From: Vicinamibacterales bacterium
GTDB lineage: Bacteria > Acidobacteriota > Vicinamibacteria > Vicinamibacterales > JAMQPK01
Direction of reading: 5' to 3'
Assembly (NCBI GenBank): GCA_963762055.1
Contig: CAVXJF010000007.1
Span: forward strand, 71,452-135,451
DNA length: 64,000 nucleotides
The position numbers and the translations under genes are program-made. Positions 46,133 to 57,400 of this stretch are shown here, piece after piece (position 1 is the stretch's first letter; each line of letters opens with the position of its first letter). The notes under the pieces are model-generated. The model did no database searches. It worked only from the letters and a program-made list of their open reading frames with translations, and was not told the DNA's origin.

Positions 46133-46273
46133 ATGGGGTCCCTCGTGTCTGCTGTTCTCAACAGCAAACCGAGTTCCACATCGCGTGGGCGAAGGTTTTG
46201 CAGAAAACGTTAGAAAATCATCGGATTAGGCGAATGTGACGGCGGGAGTCAAACACACAAACTTGCAGACAAT

Positions 46274-46715
46274 TCATTTGGCATGAACATTCGTGTTACT
46301 TTCGGATTTTGCCGCGGCGCCCTTTTTCGGGCTCGTCAGGAACGCTGTCATGCGCGTTGTGCGTTGACCGATCTGCTTGCCTTTCTGCATGGCGCTGACC
46401 GTCACGTCCCAGGCTCCCGCCATCGTCACGATGGCAATGCCGTTGTATTTTCCGCCCCCGACGTTGTTCAGCTGCCCCTGCGTGCGCATCTCCGGGTGTT
46501 TCGTCTTCGGGTCGGCAGGCATCACGAGCAAGAGGGAGACCTCGGCATTCGCGACCGGCTGCCCCTTGGCGTCCTGTACCTGTCACTTCGAAAAAGTTCT
46601 GACCCAAACCCAGCGGAGATGGCCGTGTGGTGAGCGCCAGCCTCGCGCCGCCGCCCTGCGCGGCAACCGGCACGATGGCCGCCAGAACGATGACGGACAG
46701 AAGCAATCGTCGCAT
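46274..46715 (-). CDS. YtkA/FixH-like periplasmic protein downstream of copA, interrupted by a 1-nt frameshift
   Basis: MRRLLLSVIVLAAIVPVAAQ...GQNFFEVT is in one frame and VQDAKGQPVANAEVSLLLVMPADP...GKYNGIAIVTMAGAWDVTV is in the next, joined at about 46580. Confidence 0.6.
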
Positions 46716-46728
46716 GAAGAATGATCGC

Positions 46729-49068
46729 CTAGATGTGGACCCGCCGCAAACGCAGCGCATTCCCGATGACCGACACCGAACTGAACGTCATCGCCGCGCT
46801 GGCAATCATCGGGCTCAACACAATGCCGACGGGATACAGCGCCCCTGCGGCAATGGGGACGCCGAGCGCGTTGTAGATGAAAGCAAAAAACAGGTTCTGT
46901 CTGATGTTCTTCATCACCGCCCGGCTGAGCCGCCGGGCGCGGACAATGCCGCGCAGGTCGCCTTTGACCAGCGTGATGCCGGCACTTTCCATCGCGATGT
47001 CGGTTCCGGTGCCCATGGCAATGCCGACGTCGGCCTGCGCGAGCGCCGGCGCATCATTTATTCCGTCGCCCGCCATCGCCACCCGCTCGCCCTTGTCCTG
47101 CAGCTGCCGGACGACTTCTGCCTTTCGTTCGGGCAACACTTCGGCTTCAACGTGATCGATGCCAACGGACCGCGCGACCACTTCGGCCGCGGCGCGGCTG
47201 TCGCCGGTGAGCATGACGACTTTCACGCCCTCGCGATGGAGAGCGTCGATAGCTTCGCGCGCCGTCGGCTTGATGGCATCGGCCACACCGATGAGGCCAG
47301 CCGGTTTCCCGTCGACCGCGATGAACATGACCGTCTCGCCTCGACGCCGCAATTCGTCGGCCCGCGCCGAGAGTGGACCCCAGTGGATCGAGTCCCCTTC
47401 GAAGAGCCCCGGGTTGCCGGCCATCACCCGGCGACCGTCGACTTCACCGTGCACACCCTTCCCCGTCACCGACCGGAACGCCCGGACAGGCGACAGCGCG
47501 ATATGCCGTTCACGCGCCCCGCCGACCACCGCCCCCGCGAGGGGATGTTCGCTGACCGCTTCAACGCTTGCCGCTAGCTGAAGCAGTGTCGTCTCATCGA
47601 CGCCGTCGTTCGGGACGACGGTGACGAGCCGCGGTTTGCCCTCGGTGAGCGTGCCGGTCTTGTCCACCACCAGAGTGGTGACTTTCTGCAGAATTTCGAG
47701 GGCCTCGGCGTTCCGGAACAGGATCCCCGACTCGGCGCCGCGGCCGGTGCCAACCATAATCGACATGGGCGTCGCCAGACCGAGCGCGCACGGACACGCG
47801 ATGATGAGCACGGCGACCGCATTGACCAGCGCATATGCGAACCGCGGTTCCGGTCCGACGGTACTCCACAGGAGGAATGTCGCGGCCGCAACGGCGACAA
47901 CAATTGGGACGAACCAACCCGATACCGTATCGGCCAGACGCTGAACTGGCGCGCGGGATCGCTGAGCCTCGCTCACGAGCCGCACGATCTGCGCGAGCAT
48001 CGTGTCGTTGCCGACGCGCTGCGCTTCCATCACGAACGTGCCCGTTCCGTTTACCGTCCCCCCGGTCACCTTGGCGCGCGTACTTTTCTCGACTGGAATA
48101 GGCTCGCCGGTCACCATCGACTCATCGACGCTCGACGAGCCTTCGATGACCGTGCCATCGACTGGAACCCGCTCCCCGGGCCGCACGCGCAACCGCTGGC
48201 CCACGCGGACGTCGGCAAGCGGCACGTCGCGCTCGCGCCCATCGGCGTCAACTACGCGCGCCGTCGCGGGCGCCAGGCCGAGCAGGCTCCGGAGCGCCGC
48301 GCTCGTGCGGCTGCGAGCCCGCAACTCGAGCACCTGTCCGAGCAGCACCAGGACGACGATCACCGCGGCGGGCTCGAAGTACACCGCGATCGCGTCACCC
48401 ATGCGGAACGAATGCGGAAACAGATCTGGAAAGACGGTCGCGATGACGCTGAATCCGTACGCCGCGCCGACACCGAGCGCTATCAGCGTGAACATGTTCA
48501 GGTGGCGGGTGGCCACAGATGCCCAGCCGCGGACGAAAAACGGCCATCCGCCCCACAACACCACTGGCGTCGCGAGCGCCAGCTGAATCCAGTTCATCGC
48601 GCCTGCGGGAATTGCCCGCTGGATGGGCTGTGCCGGAAGGAGCTCGGAAGCCATGACGGCGAGGATCGGGGCCGTCAGCGCGAGCGACCACCCGAACCGG
48701 CGCGTCATGTCGAGAAGCTCTTCGTTCGGCTGCTCTTCGAGCGAGACCATCACGGGCTCGAGTGCCATCCCGCATATCGGGCACGTGCCCGGTCCGATCT
48801 GCCGGACTTCCGGATCCATCGGGCAGGTGTACTCGGCGGTGGGGGGCGCTAGCGCCGGTTCGGGAGTCTCCGGCCGCAGAAAATGCTCTGGATCGGCTTT
48901 GAACCGATCGACACAGCGGAGGTTGCAGAAATAGTAGGTCGTACCGCGGTAGTCCCACTTCCCGGCCGCTGTGGAGGGCAAAACCATCATGCCGCACACC
49001 GGATCGCGCACGCGCTCCTCTTTCGAGGAATCGTGCATAGGCAGCATGACGCCAAGGATCGGGGGCAT
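46729..49068 (-). CDS. copA: copper-translocating P1B-type ATPase with N-terminal YHS/TRASH and HMBD-type metal-binding segments
   Basis: Motifs CPC ([13 protein letters not shown]), [15 protein letters not shown], an N-terminal DPVCGM...YYFC and YTCPMDPEV...CPICGM are present. Confidence 0.9.
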   Translation of the reverse strand: MPPILGVMLPMHDSSKEERVRDPVCGMMVLPSTAAGKWDYRGTTYYFCNLRCVDRFKADPEHFLRPETPEPALAPPTAEYTCPMDPEVRQIGPGTCPICGMALEPVMVSLEEQPNEELLDMTRRFGWSLALTAPILAVMASELLPAQPIQRAIPAGAMNWIQLALATPVVLWGGWPFFVRGWASVATRHLNMFTLIALGVGAAYGFSVIATVFPDLFPHSFRMGDAIAVYFEPAAVIVVLVLLGQVLELRARSRTSAALRSLLGLAPATARVVDADGRERDVPLADVRVGQRLRVRPGERVPVDGTVIEGSSSVDESMVTGEPIPVEKSTRAKVTGGTVNGTGTFVMEAQRVGNDTMLAQIVRLVSEAQRSRAPVQRLADTVSGWFVPIVVAVAAATFLLWSTVGPEPRFAYALVNAVAVLIIACPCALGLATPMSIMVGTGRGAESGILFRNAEALEILQKVTTLVVDKTGTLTEGKPRLVTVVPNDGVDETTLLQLAASVEAVSEHPLAGAVVGGARERHIALSPVRAFRSVTGKGVHGEVDGRRVMAGNPGLFEGDSIHWGPLSARADELRRRGETVMFIAVDGKPAGLIGVADAIKPTAREAIDALHREGVKVVMLTGDSRAAAEVVARSVGIDHVEAEVLPERKAEVVRQLQDKGERVAMAGDGINDAPALAQADVGIAMGTGTDIAMESAGITLVKGDLRGIVRARRLSRAVMKNIRQNLFFAFIYNALGVPIAAGALYPVGIVLSPMIASAAMTFSSVSVIGNALRLRRVHI

Positions 49069-49486
49069 GAGTGTTAGGACGCGCGGGCTAGCGCGAAGGA
49101 TCGTGAACGGGCCAAAAACGCGTCGATCGCCGGTTGATCCGCAGCTTCACGACACGGTTGGGCTTCATTGGCGCCACCGTCAATGAGCTCCTCTTCACTC
49201 GCGTCATCTTATATGAGATAAGTCTTCCTTACTGCTTGGCGCTGATACTCGCGTGCCGACGTTGAAGCTGCCGCCGCCCGCCCTCGCCGATCCCCTCGCG
49301 CTCGCCGCGGAAATCCGAGCGCAGTTGACCGGACCGGCGGCTCCGGGCGCGGCGCGCGCAATGGACAAGCCCGTCGTCCTGAAAGCGGACTTTTCGCGTC
49401 CCTGACGGCCAATGTCGTACACTGAGATGGAACGCCAAAAGAGGGGTCGGGTGACCCTTGGATTACTGATTACTTTGGAGCTCGTC

Positions 49487-49993
49487 ATGATCAAACGGAT
49501 TGCCGCTGCCGCGTTTGTCGTCGTTCTGTCGTTTGCTGTCTTGCGCGCTCACGTGGTCGTTACACCGCGCGAGTCCGCACCGGGCGCCGAGCAGCTCTAT
49601 ACGGTGCGCGTTCCCACCGAGGGAACCGTCCCGACGACATCGATCGAACTCGACATCCCCGCCGGGCTTCACGTGATGAAGGTGACGACGGGTGAAGGAT
49701 TTTCGTTCGATGTGAAAAAAGATGGCGATCGCATCGTGTCGATCACCTGGAAGCGGGAGATCAAGCCCAAGGAGTTCGCGCTCTTCACGTTCACCGCGCA
49801 CAATCCTTCGTCAGGCGCGCTCCGATGGAACGCACACCAGACGTTTGCCGACGGATCGATGCGCCACTGGACTGGCGAACGCGGCACCCCAGATCCCGCG
49901 TCGATGACGACCATCGTGGCCAAGGACGCGCCGGCGGCCGCTCCTTCGGCCGACCCGGCTCACCAGCACGCTGAGCCGGCTCACAAGCACTAG
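49487..49993 (+). CDS. ycnI: YcnI/DUF1775 copper-binding protein
   Basis: The signal peptide ends at ...LRA|HVVVTP (N-terminal His of the mature protein). There is a His-rich C-terminal tail. Confidence 0.7.
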   Translation: MIKRIAAAAFVVVLSFAVLRAHVVVTPRESAPGAEQLYTVRVPTEGTVPTTSIELDIPAGLHVMKVTTGEGFSFDVKKDGDRIVSITWKREIKPKEFALFTFTAHNPSSGALRWNAHQTFADGSMRHWTGERGTPDPASMTTIVAKDAPAAAPSADPAHQHAEPAHKH

Positions 49994-49998
49994 GAGGC

Positions 49999-50463
49999 AT
50001 GATGTCCCGGCGCAGCCTGGCGATTTTCGTTCTGGTCGCAGCACTCGCATCACTGGGGATTGCGGCCGCCCAGCAGAAGCCCGCGGCCGGCCCCCTGGTC
50101 GAAGTCTTCAAGACGCCGACGTGCGGCTGCTGCGCCAAATGGGTCGAGCACATGCGCGCGAGCGGGTTCACGGTGCGCACGACCGACCTCAACGATCTCG
50201 CCGAGATCAAGAAGTCGCGCGGAGTTCCCGACAACGCTCAGTCATGCCACACCGCCGTAGTGAACGGGTACGTGGTCGAAGGCCACGTCCCGGCGGCAGA
50301 CGTGCAGCGCATGCTCAAGGAGAAACCTGCAATCGCGGGCCTCACCCTGCCTGGCATGCCGGTCGGTTCGCCCGGGATGGAGTATCCAGGCAGCCCGGCG
50401 CAACCGTACGCCGTGCTCTCATTCGACAAAAAGGGCGCCACTCAGGTGTTCGCGAAACATTAA
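49999..50463 (+). CDS. DUF411 (CopG-like) metal-binding protein
   Basis: A signal peptide, the CGCC motif (TPTCGCCAKW) and MPVGSPGME are present. Confidence 0.7.
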   Translation: MMSRRSLAIFVLVAALASLGIAAAQQKPAAGPLVEVFKTPTCGCCAKWVEHMRASGFTVRTTDLNDLAEIKKSRGVPDNAQSCHTAVVNGYVVEGHVPAADVQRMLKEKPAIAGLTLPGMPVGSPGMEYPGSPAQPYAVLSFDKKGATQVFAKH

Positions 50464-50484
50464 CGTCGTCGATCGACAGCGTTC

Positions 50485-50991
50485 TCAGTCTGCTTCGCGC
50501 ATTTCTGCTGCAACCGCTCGCCCCGCGGCCTGGGCGCGCTCGCTTTCGTAGAGCTCGGTCTCCACCTCATGAATCCCCGAGCCCCGCACCCGGGCAAGCT
50601 CGCGGAGATCCACTCCTTCAATCTGTTCGAGAAGGTGCTCGAACTCGTGCGCGAGCAGCTCTGAGTAATCGCTGCTCGGCGGCAGGTGCATATCGGCTCG
50701 AATCGTTTGCCCGTGCCGTTCCACCCGCGTGAACGCCCGGCAATAACTCGGCAGTCTGACATTGAGAAAAACGCGGATGGTCAGGTCAGGATGGGAGACG
50801 ATGCGATCGTACTGCGTTCGAAACGTGTGTGACCGGTGGTAAATGCGTCCGAGCACCCGGTCGAAGCCAGGGGGCATCTGCATGCTCGACGGGATCTTCA
50901 GGCGCGCGCACCGTCCCAGCTCTGCAGACATCGAAGAAACGAACAACACCAGACACATTGCCGTTACACCCGTCGACGATTTGATCCGCAT
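50485..50991 (-). CDS. secreted hypothetical protein with HExxH motif
   Basis: A signal-like N-terminus is present, with LLAHEFEHLLEQIEG. Confidence 0.45.
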   Translation of the reverse strand: MRIKSSTGVTAMCLVLFVSSMSAELGRCARLKIPSSMQMPPGFDRVLGRIYHRSHTFRTQYDRIVSHPDLTIRVFLNVRLPSYCRAFTRVERHGQTIRADMHLPPSSDYSELLAHEFEHLLEQIEGVDLRELARVRGSGIHEVETELYESERAQAAGRAVAAEMREAD

Positions 50992-51246
50992 GATCTCTCC
51001 TCACGCGGCTCGTTGACGCACAACGCGCTCGCGTTGCGCTCAGAGAGGAGCAAGCCGAACGCCAAGCTCACGATCCGAATATTTGCGAGTAAATCCTCGC
51101 AATCTTCAAAAATGAATCAGCGCAGGATCCACACGAATGTGGGCGAAGCGGGGTGAGATGTACGCGAATGTCAGAGGGTCGCGACGAGTCGGATATCGGG
51201 ATTGCCGGTTGAAATGGACGGCCGGCTGACGGGCGCGCCGCGTTCG

Positions 51247-51276
51247 TTGACATTCAATTTAGGTCAGGACTAAATT
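51247..51276 (+). promoter_or_regulatory. candidate sigma-70 promoter for the downstream kinase gene
   Basis: Reads TTGACA-N17-CTAAAT (or N18-TAAATT), about 40 nt upstream of ATG 51315. Confidence 0.35.
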
Positions 51277-51314
51277 GCCTCGACCGCCCAAATTCCGCAG
51301 TCAGGACCTATTCA

Positions 51315-52919
51315 ATGTCCAGCGCGTCACGGACGGCATCCATCCTCGTCGGGGCCATCGGCGCCCTGGTGTTCTTCGGCGGCTGGATGCTCGGCATCGA
51401 ACTGCTGAAGAGCGCAGGTGGCGGCATCACGATGAAGGCGAATGGCGCCCTCGGCCTTTTGCTCGGCGCCGTCTCGCTGTGGTTCATCGGAAGCGAATCA
51501 CGGCTTGGCCGGCGCGTTGGCATCGCGTGCGCAGCGCTCATGGGACTCCTTGGCGCGGCCACGCTCAGCCAACACCTGACGGGGTGGGATCTCGGCATCG
51601 ATCAGCTTTTTTTCGTCGAATCCGCCGGTGCCGCGGCAACGGCGAGTCCCAACCGGATAGGGCCCAACACATCGCTGAGCTTCTTCCTGCAATCGGTCGC
51701 GCTGATACTGCTTCACCAATCGGGGGCGCGCGGCATCGCGCGCGCGCAGGTGATTTCTGCCGGCGCAACCATTCTGGCGATCATTCCTCTCGTCGGCTAC
51801 GCCTACGGCGCAGAGGAGCTTTATGGGCTCGCGCGGATCTCGGGCATCGCGATGCACACGGCGGCCGCGCTTCTGATACTGGGCATCGGCATTGTGACCG
51901 CGCGGCTCGATGTCGGGCCGGTTGGCGCGCTGGCGAGCGAGGGCGCGGGCGGGGTCCTCACCCGCCGGATGATCGTTCCCTCCCTTGTGCTCCCGTTTCT
52001 TCTCGGTTATCTCTGGCTTATCGGCGAGCGCGCCGGTTATTACGATGCGGGGCTCGAATCCGCCCTCTCCGCGACATCGCTGGCCGTCGTGCTCTGGATC
52101 ATCATCTGGCGGACGGGCCTCGTGCTCGATCGGATCGATCACGAGCGGAGCGCCGCGCTGACGCGTGAGCGCGCCGCGCGCGCCGAAGCGGAACACGCGA
52201 CGAAGCTGAAAGACGAGTTTCTCGCGGTGCTGTCGCACGAGCTCCGCACGCCGCTGAACGCCATTCTCGGATGGACGTCGATGCTGCACCGGCACACGAT
52301 GCCGGCCGACCAGAGAGACCATGCGACGCAGATCATCGCCAGGAACGGCGAACGGCTTGGCCGGCTGATTGAAGATCTGCTGGACGTATCGCGCATCTCG
52401 TCCGGGCATCTGACGCTGACGATCGAACCGGTGGACATCGCCGAAGTGATCGACAACGCGGTCGAGGCGTTGACGCCGGCCGCCGCCCACCGCCAGGTTC
52501 ACATCGAATGCCGGCTCGCGGAAGATGCCTACGGTGTTGCCGGCGATCCTCGGAGGCTCGAGCAGATTGTGCGGAATCTCTTGTCGAACGCGATCAAATT
52601 CACCGGCGCGGGCGGCAGCGTCACGATCAGCACCCGGCGGGTATCGGATGAGATCGTTCTCGACGTGCGCGATACGGGATGCGGCATCGACGCGGCCTTT
52701 CTGCCGCATGTGTTCGACAGGTTCCGGCAGGGGGACTCGAGTCTCACGCGCGAGCACGGCGGCCTCGGGCTCGGACTGGCGATCGTGAGGGATTTGACGG
52801 CTCTTCACGGGGGCCGCGTAGAGATTACGAGTCCCGGTCCCGGTCTGGGGACGACGGTGACCGTGAAGCTGCCGCTCGTCTCGTCGGTGAAGGGCGATCT
52901 CAGCCGCCGGGCGATGTAG
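51315..52919 (+). CDS. membrane sensor histidine kinase (multi-TM input, HisKA, HATPase)
   Basis: About 7 hydrophobic helices are followed by [19 protein letters not shown] and GGLGLGLAIV. There is no adjacent response regulator. Confidence 0.85.
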   Translation: MSSASRTASILVGAIGALVFFGGWMLGIELLKSAGGGITMKANGALGLLLGAVSLWFIGSESRLGRRVGIACAALMGLLGAATLSQHLTGWDLGIDQLFFVESAGAAATASPNRIGPNTSLSFFLQSVALILLHQSGARGIARAQVISAGATILAIIPLVGYAYGAEELYGLARISGIAMHTAAALLILGIGIVTARLDVGPVGALASEGAGGVLTRRMIVPSLVLPFLLGYLWLIGERAGYYDAGLESALSATSLAVVLWIIIWRTGLVLDRIDHERSAALTRERAARAEAEHATKLKDEFLAVLSHELRTPLNAILGWTSMLHRHTMPADQRDHATQIIARNGERLGRLIEDLLDVSRISSGHLTLTIEPVDIAEVIDNAVEALTPAAAHRQVHIECRLAEDAYGVAGDPRRLEQIVRNLLSNAIKFTGAGGSVTISTRRVSDEIVLDVRDTGCGIDAAFLPHVFDRFRQGDSSLTREHGGLGLGLAIVRDLTALHGGRVEITSPGPGLGTTVTVKLPLVSSVKGDLSRRAM

Positions 52920-52920
52920 C

Positions 52921-54369
52921 TCAGGCCAGGGGAGCGGGCAGGTCGGACTTCCCCATCAAGTACAGATCAACGCCCCGTGCTGCGCTGCGGCCTTCGGCGA
53001 TCGCCCAGACGATGAGCGATTGGCCGCGCTGCATGTCGCCGGCCGTGAACACACCGGGCACGCTGGTCATCCAGTTGGTGTCACGCCACACGTTGCCGCG
53101 CTCGGTCAGCTTGACGCCGAAGTTGTCGAGCAGCCCCTGGCGCTCCGGCCCGAGAAAACCCATCGCCAGCAGCACGAGATCGACGTCCAATTCGAACTCG
53201 CCGTCGGGAACGTTTTCGAATGCCATGCGCCCGTCCTTGCGCACGAGCTCGACCTTGGAGCCGTGGAGCTTGCTGACCCGCCCCTGGCTGTCGCCGCTGA
53301 ACCGCTGCGTCGACACGGAATAGACCCGTTCCCCACCCTCTTCGTGAGCCGTCGACACACGGAATACGTTCGGCCACTGTGGCCACGGATTTTCGGCGGC
53401 ACGGGTGTCGGGCGGCCTGGGAAGGAGCTCGAATTGGTGCACGGACAAGGCACCCTGGCGGTGCACCGTGCCGAGACAGTCGGCGCCGGTATCGCCGCCG
53501 CCGATGATCACCACGCGCTTGCCCTCGGCGGTGATGAAGTCGCCATCGCGAATCGGATCCCCCTCGACGCGTTTATTCGACAGCGTGAGATATTCCATCG
53601 CGTAATGAATGCCTTTGAGCTCCCGCCCCGGCACCTGAAGATCGCGCGGCCATCCTGCTCCGCCAGCGAGCACGACCGCGTCGAACTCCGATTTCATCTG
53701 ATCCAGAGTGACGTCGACACCGACATTGACGCCCGCGCGGAACGTCACCCCCTCCTGTTCCATGAGGTCGAGCCGCCGGTTCAGAACCTTCTTCTCCATC
53801 TTGAATTCGGGAATGCCGTAGCGCATCAGCCCCCCGATTCGATCCGACTTTTCAAACACGGTCACGAAGTGACCGGCGCGATTCAGCTGCTCTGCCGCCG
53901 CGAGACCGGCGGGGCCCGATCCCACCACGGCGACCTTCTTGCCCGTTCGCACCAGGGGCGGCTGCGGCGTGACCCATCCGTTCTCGAAGGCCCTCTCGAC
54001 GATCGCGACTTCGATCGACTTGATCGTGACCGGATCGTCGTTGATGCCGAGCACGCAGGAACCCTCACACGGGGCAGGACACAGACGTCCGGTGAACTCG
54101 GGAAAGTTGTTGGTCGCGTGCAGCCGCTCGATGGCCGGCTCCCAGCGATTGCGATAGACCAGGTCGTTCCAGTCGGGAATCAGATTGCCGAGGGGACATC
54201 CCTGATGGCAGAACGGGATGCCGCAGTCCATGCAACGCGCGCCCTGCTTCTGGAGCTCTTCCTGCGGATACGGCAGGTAGACTTCGTTCCAGTCCTTCAG
54301 CCTCTCGGCGACGGGACGCGTCGTCTGCTTCTTGCGATGGATTTCGATAAAACCTGTAGGTTTCCCCAT
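52921..54369 (-). CDS. gltD: glutamate synthase small subunit
   Basis: Begins MGKPTGFIEI, with Cys clusters and two dinucleotide folds (VAVVGSGPAGLAAA, VVIIGGGDTGADC). Confidence 0.95.
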   Translation of the reverse strand: MGKPTGFIEIHRKKQTTRPVAERLKDWNEVYLPYPQEELQKQGARCMDCGIPFCHQGCPLGNLIPDWNDLVYRNRWEPAIERLHATNNFPEFTGRLCPAPCEGSCVLGINDDPVTIKSIEVAIVERAFENGWVTPQPPLVRTGKKVAVVGSGPAGLAAAEQLNRAGHFVTVFEKSDRIGGLMRYGIPEFKMEKKVLNRRLDLMEQEGVTFRAGVNVGVDVTLDQMKSEFDAVVLAGGAGWPRDLQVPGRELKGIHYAMEYLTLSNKRVEGDPIRDGDFITAEGKRVVIIGGGDTGADCLGTVHRQGALSVHQFELLPRPPDTRAAENPWPQWPNVFRVSTAHEEGGERVYSVSTQRFSGDSQGRVSKLHGSKVELVRKDGRMAFENVPDGEFELDVDLVLLAMGFLGPERQGLLDNFGVKLTERGNVWRDTNWMTSVPGVFTAGDMQRGQSLIVWAIAEGRSAARGVDLYLMGKSDLPAPLA

Positions 54370-54382
54370 TTCAGTTCAATTC

Positions 54383-54460
54383 GACGCAGAGACGCAAAGA
54401 CGCAAAGACGCAAAGGGCGGATTTTTCCTTCGAAGCTCTGCGCCTCTGCGCCTCTGCGTC
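54383..54460. terminator. GACGCAAAG / CTCTGCGCC word hairpin between gltB and gltD
   Basis: gacgcagagacgcaaagacgcaaagacgcaaag pairs with gaagctctgcgcctctgcgcctctgcgtc. Confidence 0.45.
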
Positions 54461-54467
54461 AAAATCA

Positions 54468-57400
54468 TCAAACCGAGCCGACCAGTTCGGCGAAGTCAGG
54501 CTCGCGGTGTTCGGCGCGCGCGCGTGCCTCGGCCGCCAGCACGCGTTTGTAGTCGCGCGGCATGACCTTGACGAACGGCTGATCGGCGAGCACGGCGAGG
54601 ATCTTCTTCGCATACGCGCTGCCGGTAAACATGATGTGCCGTGCGATCATCTCGCGCAGAATCGTCCAGTCCTCTTCCGCGAGCGGATCGAGATCGACCA
54701 TCCCCTTGTTGCAGCGCCCCGCAAACGTCTCGTTTTGATCGAGCACGTAGGCGATGCCGCCGCTCATCCCTGCAGCGAAATTGCGGCCCGTCCTGCCCAG
54801 CACGACGACCCGCCCTCCCGTCATGTATTCGCAGCCATGGTCGCCCACGCCTTCGACGACAGCCCGCGCGCCGCTGTTCCGGACGGCAAACCGTTCGCCG
54901 GCGACACCGCGCAGGTAGACCTCGCCGCTCGTCGCGCCATACAGCGTGACGTTGCCGACGATGATGTTTTCTTCGGGGACGAACGTCGATCTCGATGACG
55001 GAAACACCGCGATCGTGCCGCCCGAGAGCCCTTTGCCGACGTAATCGTTGGCGTCCCCTTCGAGCGTGAGCGTCATCCCCTTCGGGACGAATGCGCCGAA
55101 GCTCTGGCCGGCCGAGCCGCTGAAATGGATCTTGATCGTGCCGTCGGGCAACCCCGCCGCACCGAACGCGCGGGTGACCTCGGACCCGAGAATGGTGCCG
55201 ACGGTGCGGTTCACATTGCGGATCGGTATGCTGAACTCGACCGGCTTCCGCCGCAGCAGCGCATCCTGACAGCGTCGAATCAGCTCGTTGTCGAGCGCCT
55301 TGTCGAGCCCGTGATCCTGGCCGCGCACGCACCGCTGCGCCACGGTCGGCGCCACGACCGGCTTGTACAGAATCTGCGACAGATCGACGCCCGCGGCTTT
55401 CCAGTGATCGACGGCTTTCGTCACGTCGATCTTGTCCACTCGCCCGATCATGTCGTCCATCGACTTGAAGCCGAGTTGGGCCATCAGCTCGCGCACGTCT
55501 TCGGCGACGAAGCGGAAGAAGGTCTCGACGAATTCGGGCTGACCCGCGAACCGTTTGCGCAATTCCGGATCCTGCGTCGCCACGCCGACCGGGCACGTGT
55601 TCAGATGGCACACGCGCATCATCACGCAGCCCAGCACTACGAGCGGTGCAGTGGCGAACCCGAACTCCTCGGCACCGAGCAGCGCGCCGATGACCACGTC
55701 ACGGCCGGTCTTCATCTGGCCGTCCACCTGCACGACGATGCGGTCGCGCAGGTTGTTGAGCACGAGCACTTGCTGCGTTTCCGCCAGCCCGAGCTCCCAT
55801 GGCACGCCGGCATGTTTGAGGCTCGTCAGCGGCGACGCGCCGGTGCCGCCGTCGTGGCCCGAAATGAGCACCACGTCCGAGTGTGCTTTCGCAACGCCGG
55901 CGGCGACGGTGCCCACGCCCACTTCAGCGACGAGCTTCACGTGCACGCGGGCGCGCGGGTTGGCGTTTTTCAAGTCGTAGATCAGCTGCGCGAGATCTTC
56001 GATCGAATAAATGTCGTGATGCGGTGGCGGCGAAATCAGCCCGACGCCAGGCGTGGCAAAACGCACTTTCGCGATCCACGGATACACCTTGTGGCCGGGA
56101 AGCTGTCCGCCCTCTCCCGGCTTCGCACCCTGCGCCATCTTGATCTGCAGATCGTCGGCATTTACCAGGTATTCGCTCGTCACCCCGAACCGCGCCGACG
56201 CCACCTGTTTGATGGCGCTGCGACGCGAATCGCCGTTGGCGTCGGGCACATAGCGCGCCGGATCTTCTCCACCCTCGCCCGTGTTCGACTTGCCGCCGAG
56301 ACGGTTCATCGCGATCGCGAGCGTCTCGTGCGCTTCCTGGCTGATCGATCCGTACGACATCGCACCCGTCGCGAACCGCTTCAGAATCGACTCGACCGGT
56401 TCGACCTGTTCAATCGGGATCGGCTTCGCCGCCAGCTTCAACTCGAACAGGCCGCGCAGGGTTGCGCGGTTTCGCGTCTGGTCGTTGACCGCGCGCGTGT
56501 ACTCCTTATAGATGCTGTATTGACCGCTGCGCGTCGCGTGCTGGAGCTTGTACACGGTCTCGGGATTGAAGAGGTGATATTCGCCGTCGCGCCGCCACTG
56601 ATATTCGCCGCCTTCGTCGAGATCGCGATCGGCCACCGGGCGCTCAGGGAACGCCAGCTCGTGCCGCTTCCGGACCTCTTCGGCAATGGCGTCGATGCCC
56701 ACGCCGCCGATCCGCGACGCCGTCCAGGTGAAGTAGCGATCGATGAAGTCCTTTTCGAGGCCCACGGCCTCGAAAATCTGCGCGCCGCGATAACTCTGCA
56801 GCGTGGAGATGCCCATCTTCGACATCACCTTGAGCACGCCCTTGTTCAGCGCCTTGATGTAGTTCTTGACCGCCTTCTCGTGGTTCAGGCCCGGCGCGGG
56901 GGCCCCCGGCGCGGCAGCCGCGCTGGGGTCGCTTAGCATCCCGCTGCGGATCATGTCGTCGATCGTCTCGAACGCGAGGTAGGGGTTCACCGCGCCGGCG
57001 CCATAGCCGATGAGGAGGGCAAGATGATGCACTTCGCGCGCGTCGCCGGTTTCAACGACCAGCGCGGCGCGATTGCGGAGCCCTTCACGGACGAGATGAT
57101 GGTGCACGCCGGCGGTCGCCAGGAGACTCGGAATGGGCGCGAGCTTCATGTTCACGCCGCGGTCCGACAGGATGATGATGGTGTATCCCTCTTCGACCGC
57201 TACGCTGGTGCGCCGCTCGAGATCTTCGAGGGCCCTGGCGAGCCCGTCGCCACCCGAGTCGGCGTCGAACAGCATCGGCAGGGTGATGGACTTGAAACCG
57301 CGCTCGCCGATGTGGCGCAGCTTCGCCAGTTCCTCGTTATTGACGATGGCCGAGGCGACCTTGATCTGACGGCACGCTTCCTGACCGGGCTTCAACAGGT

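Noticed and set aside
49253-49405. A 50-codon GTG ORF (VPTLKLPPPALADPLALAAEIRAQLTGP...) in the copper-cluster control region.
   Set aside because: It has no recognisable family and no Shine-Dalgarno sequence, and its composition is what GC-rich non-coding DNA gives. It is kept only as a note inside the copper-cluster finding.
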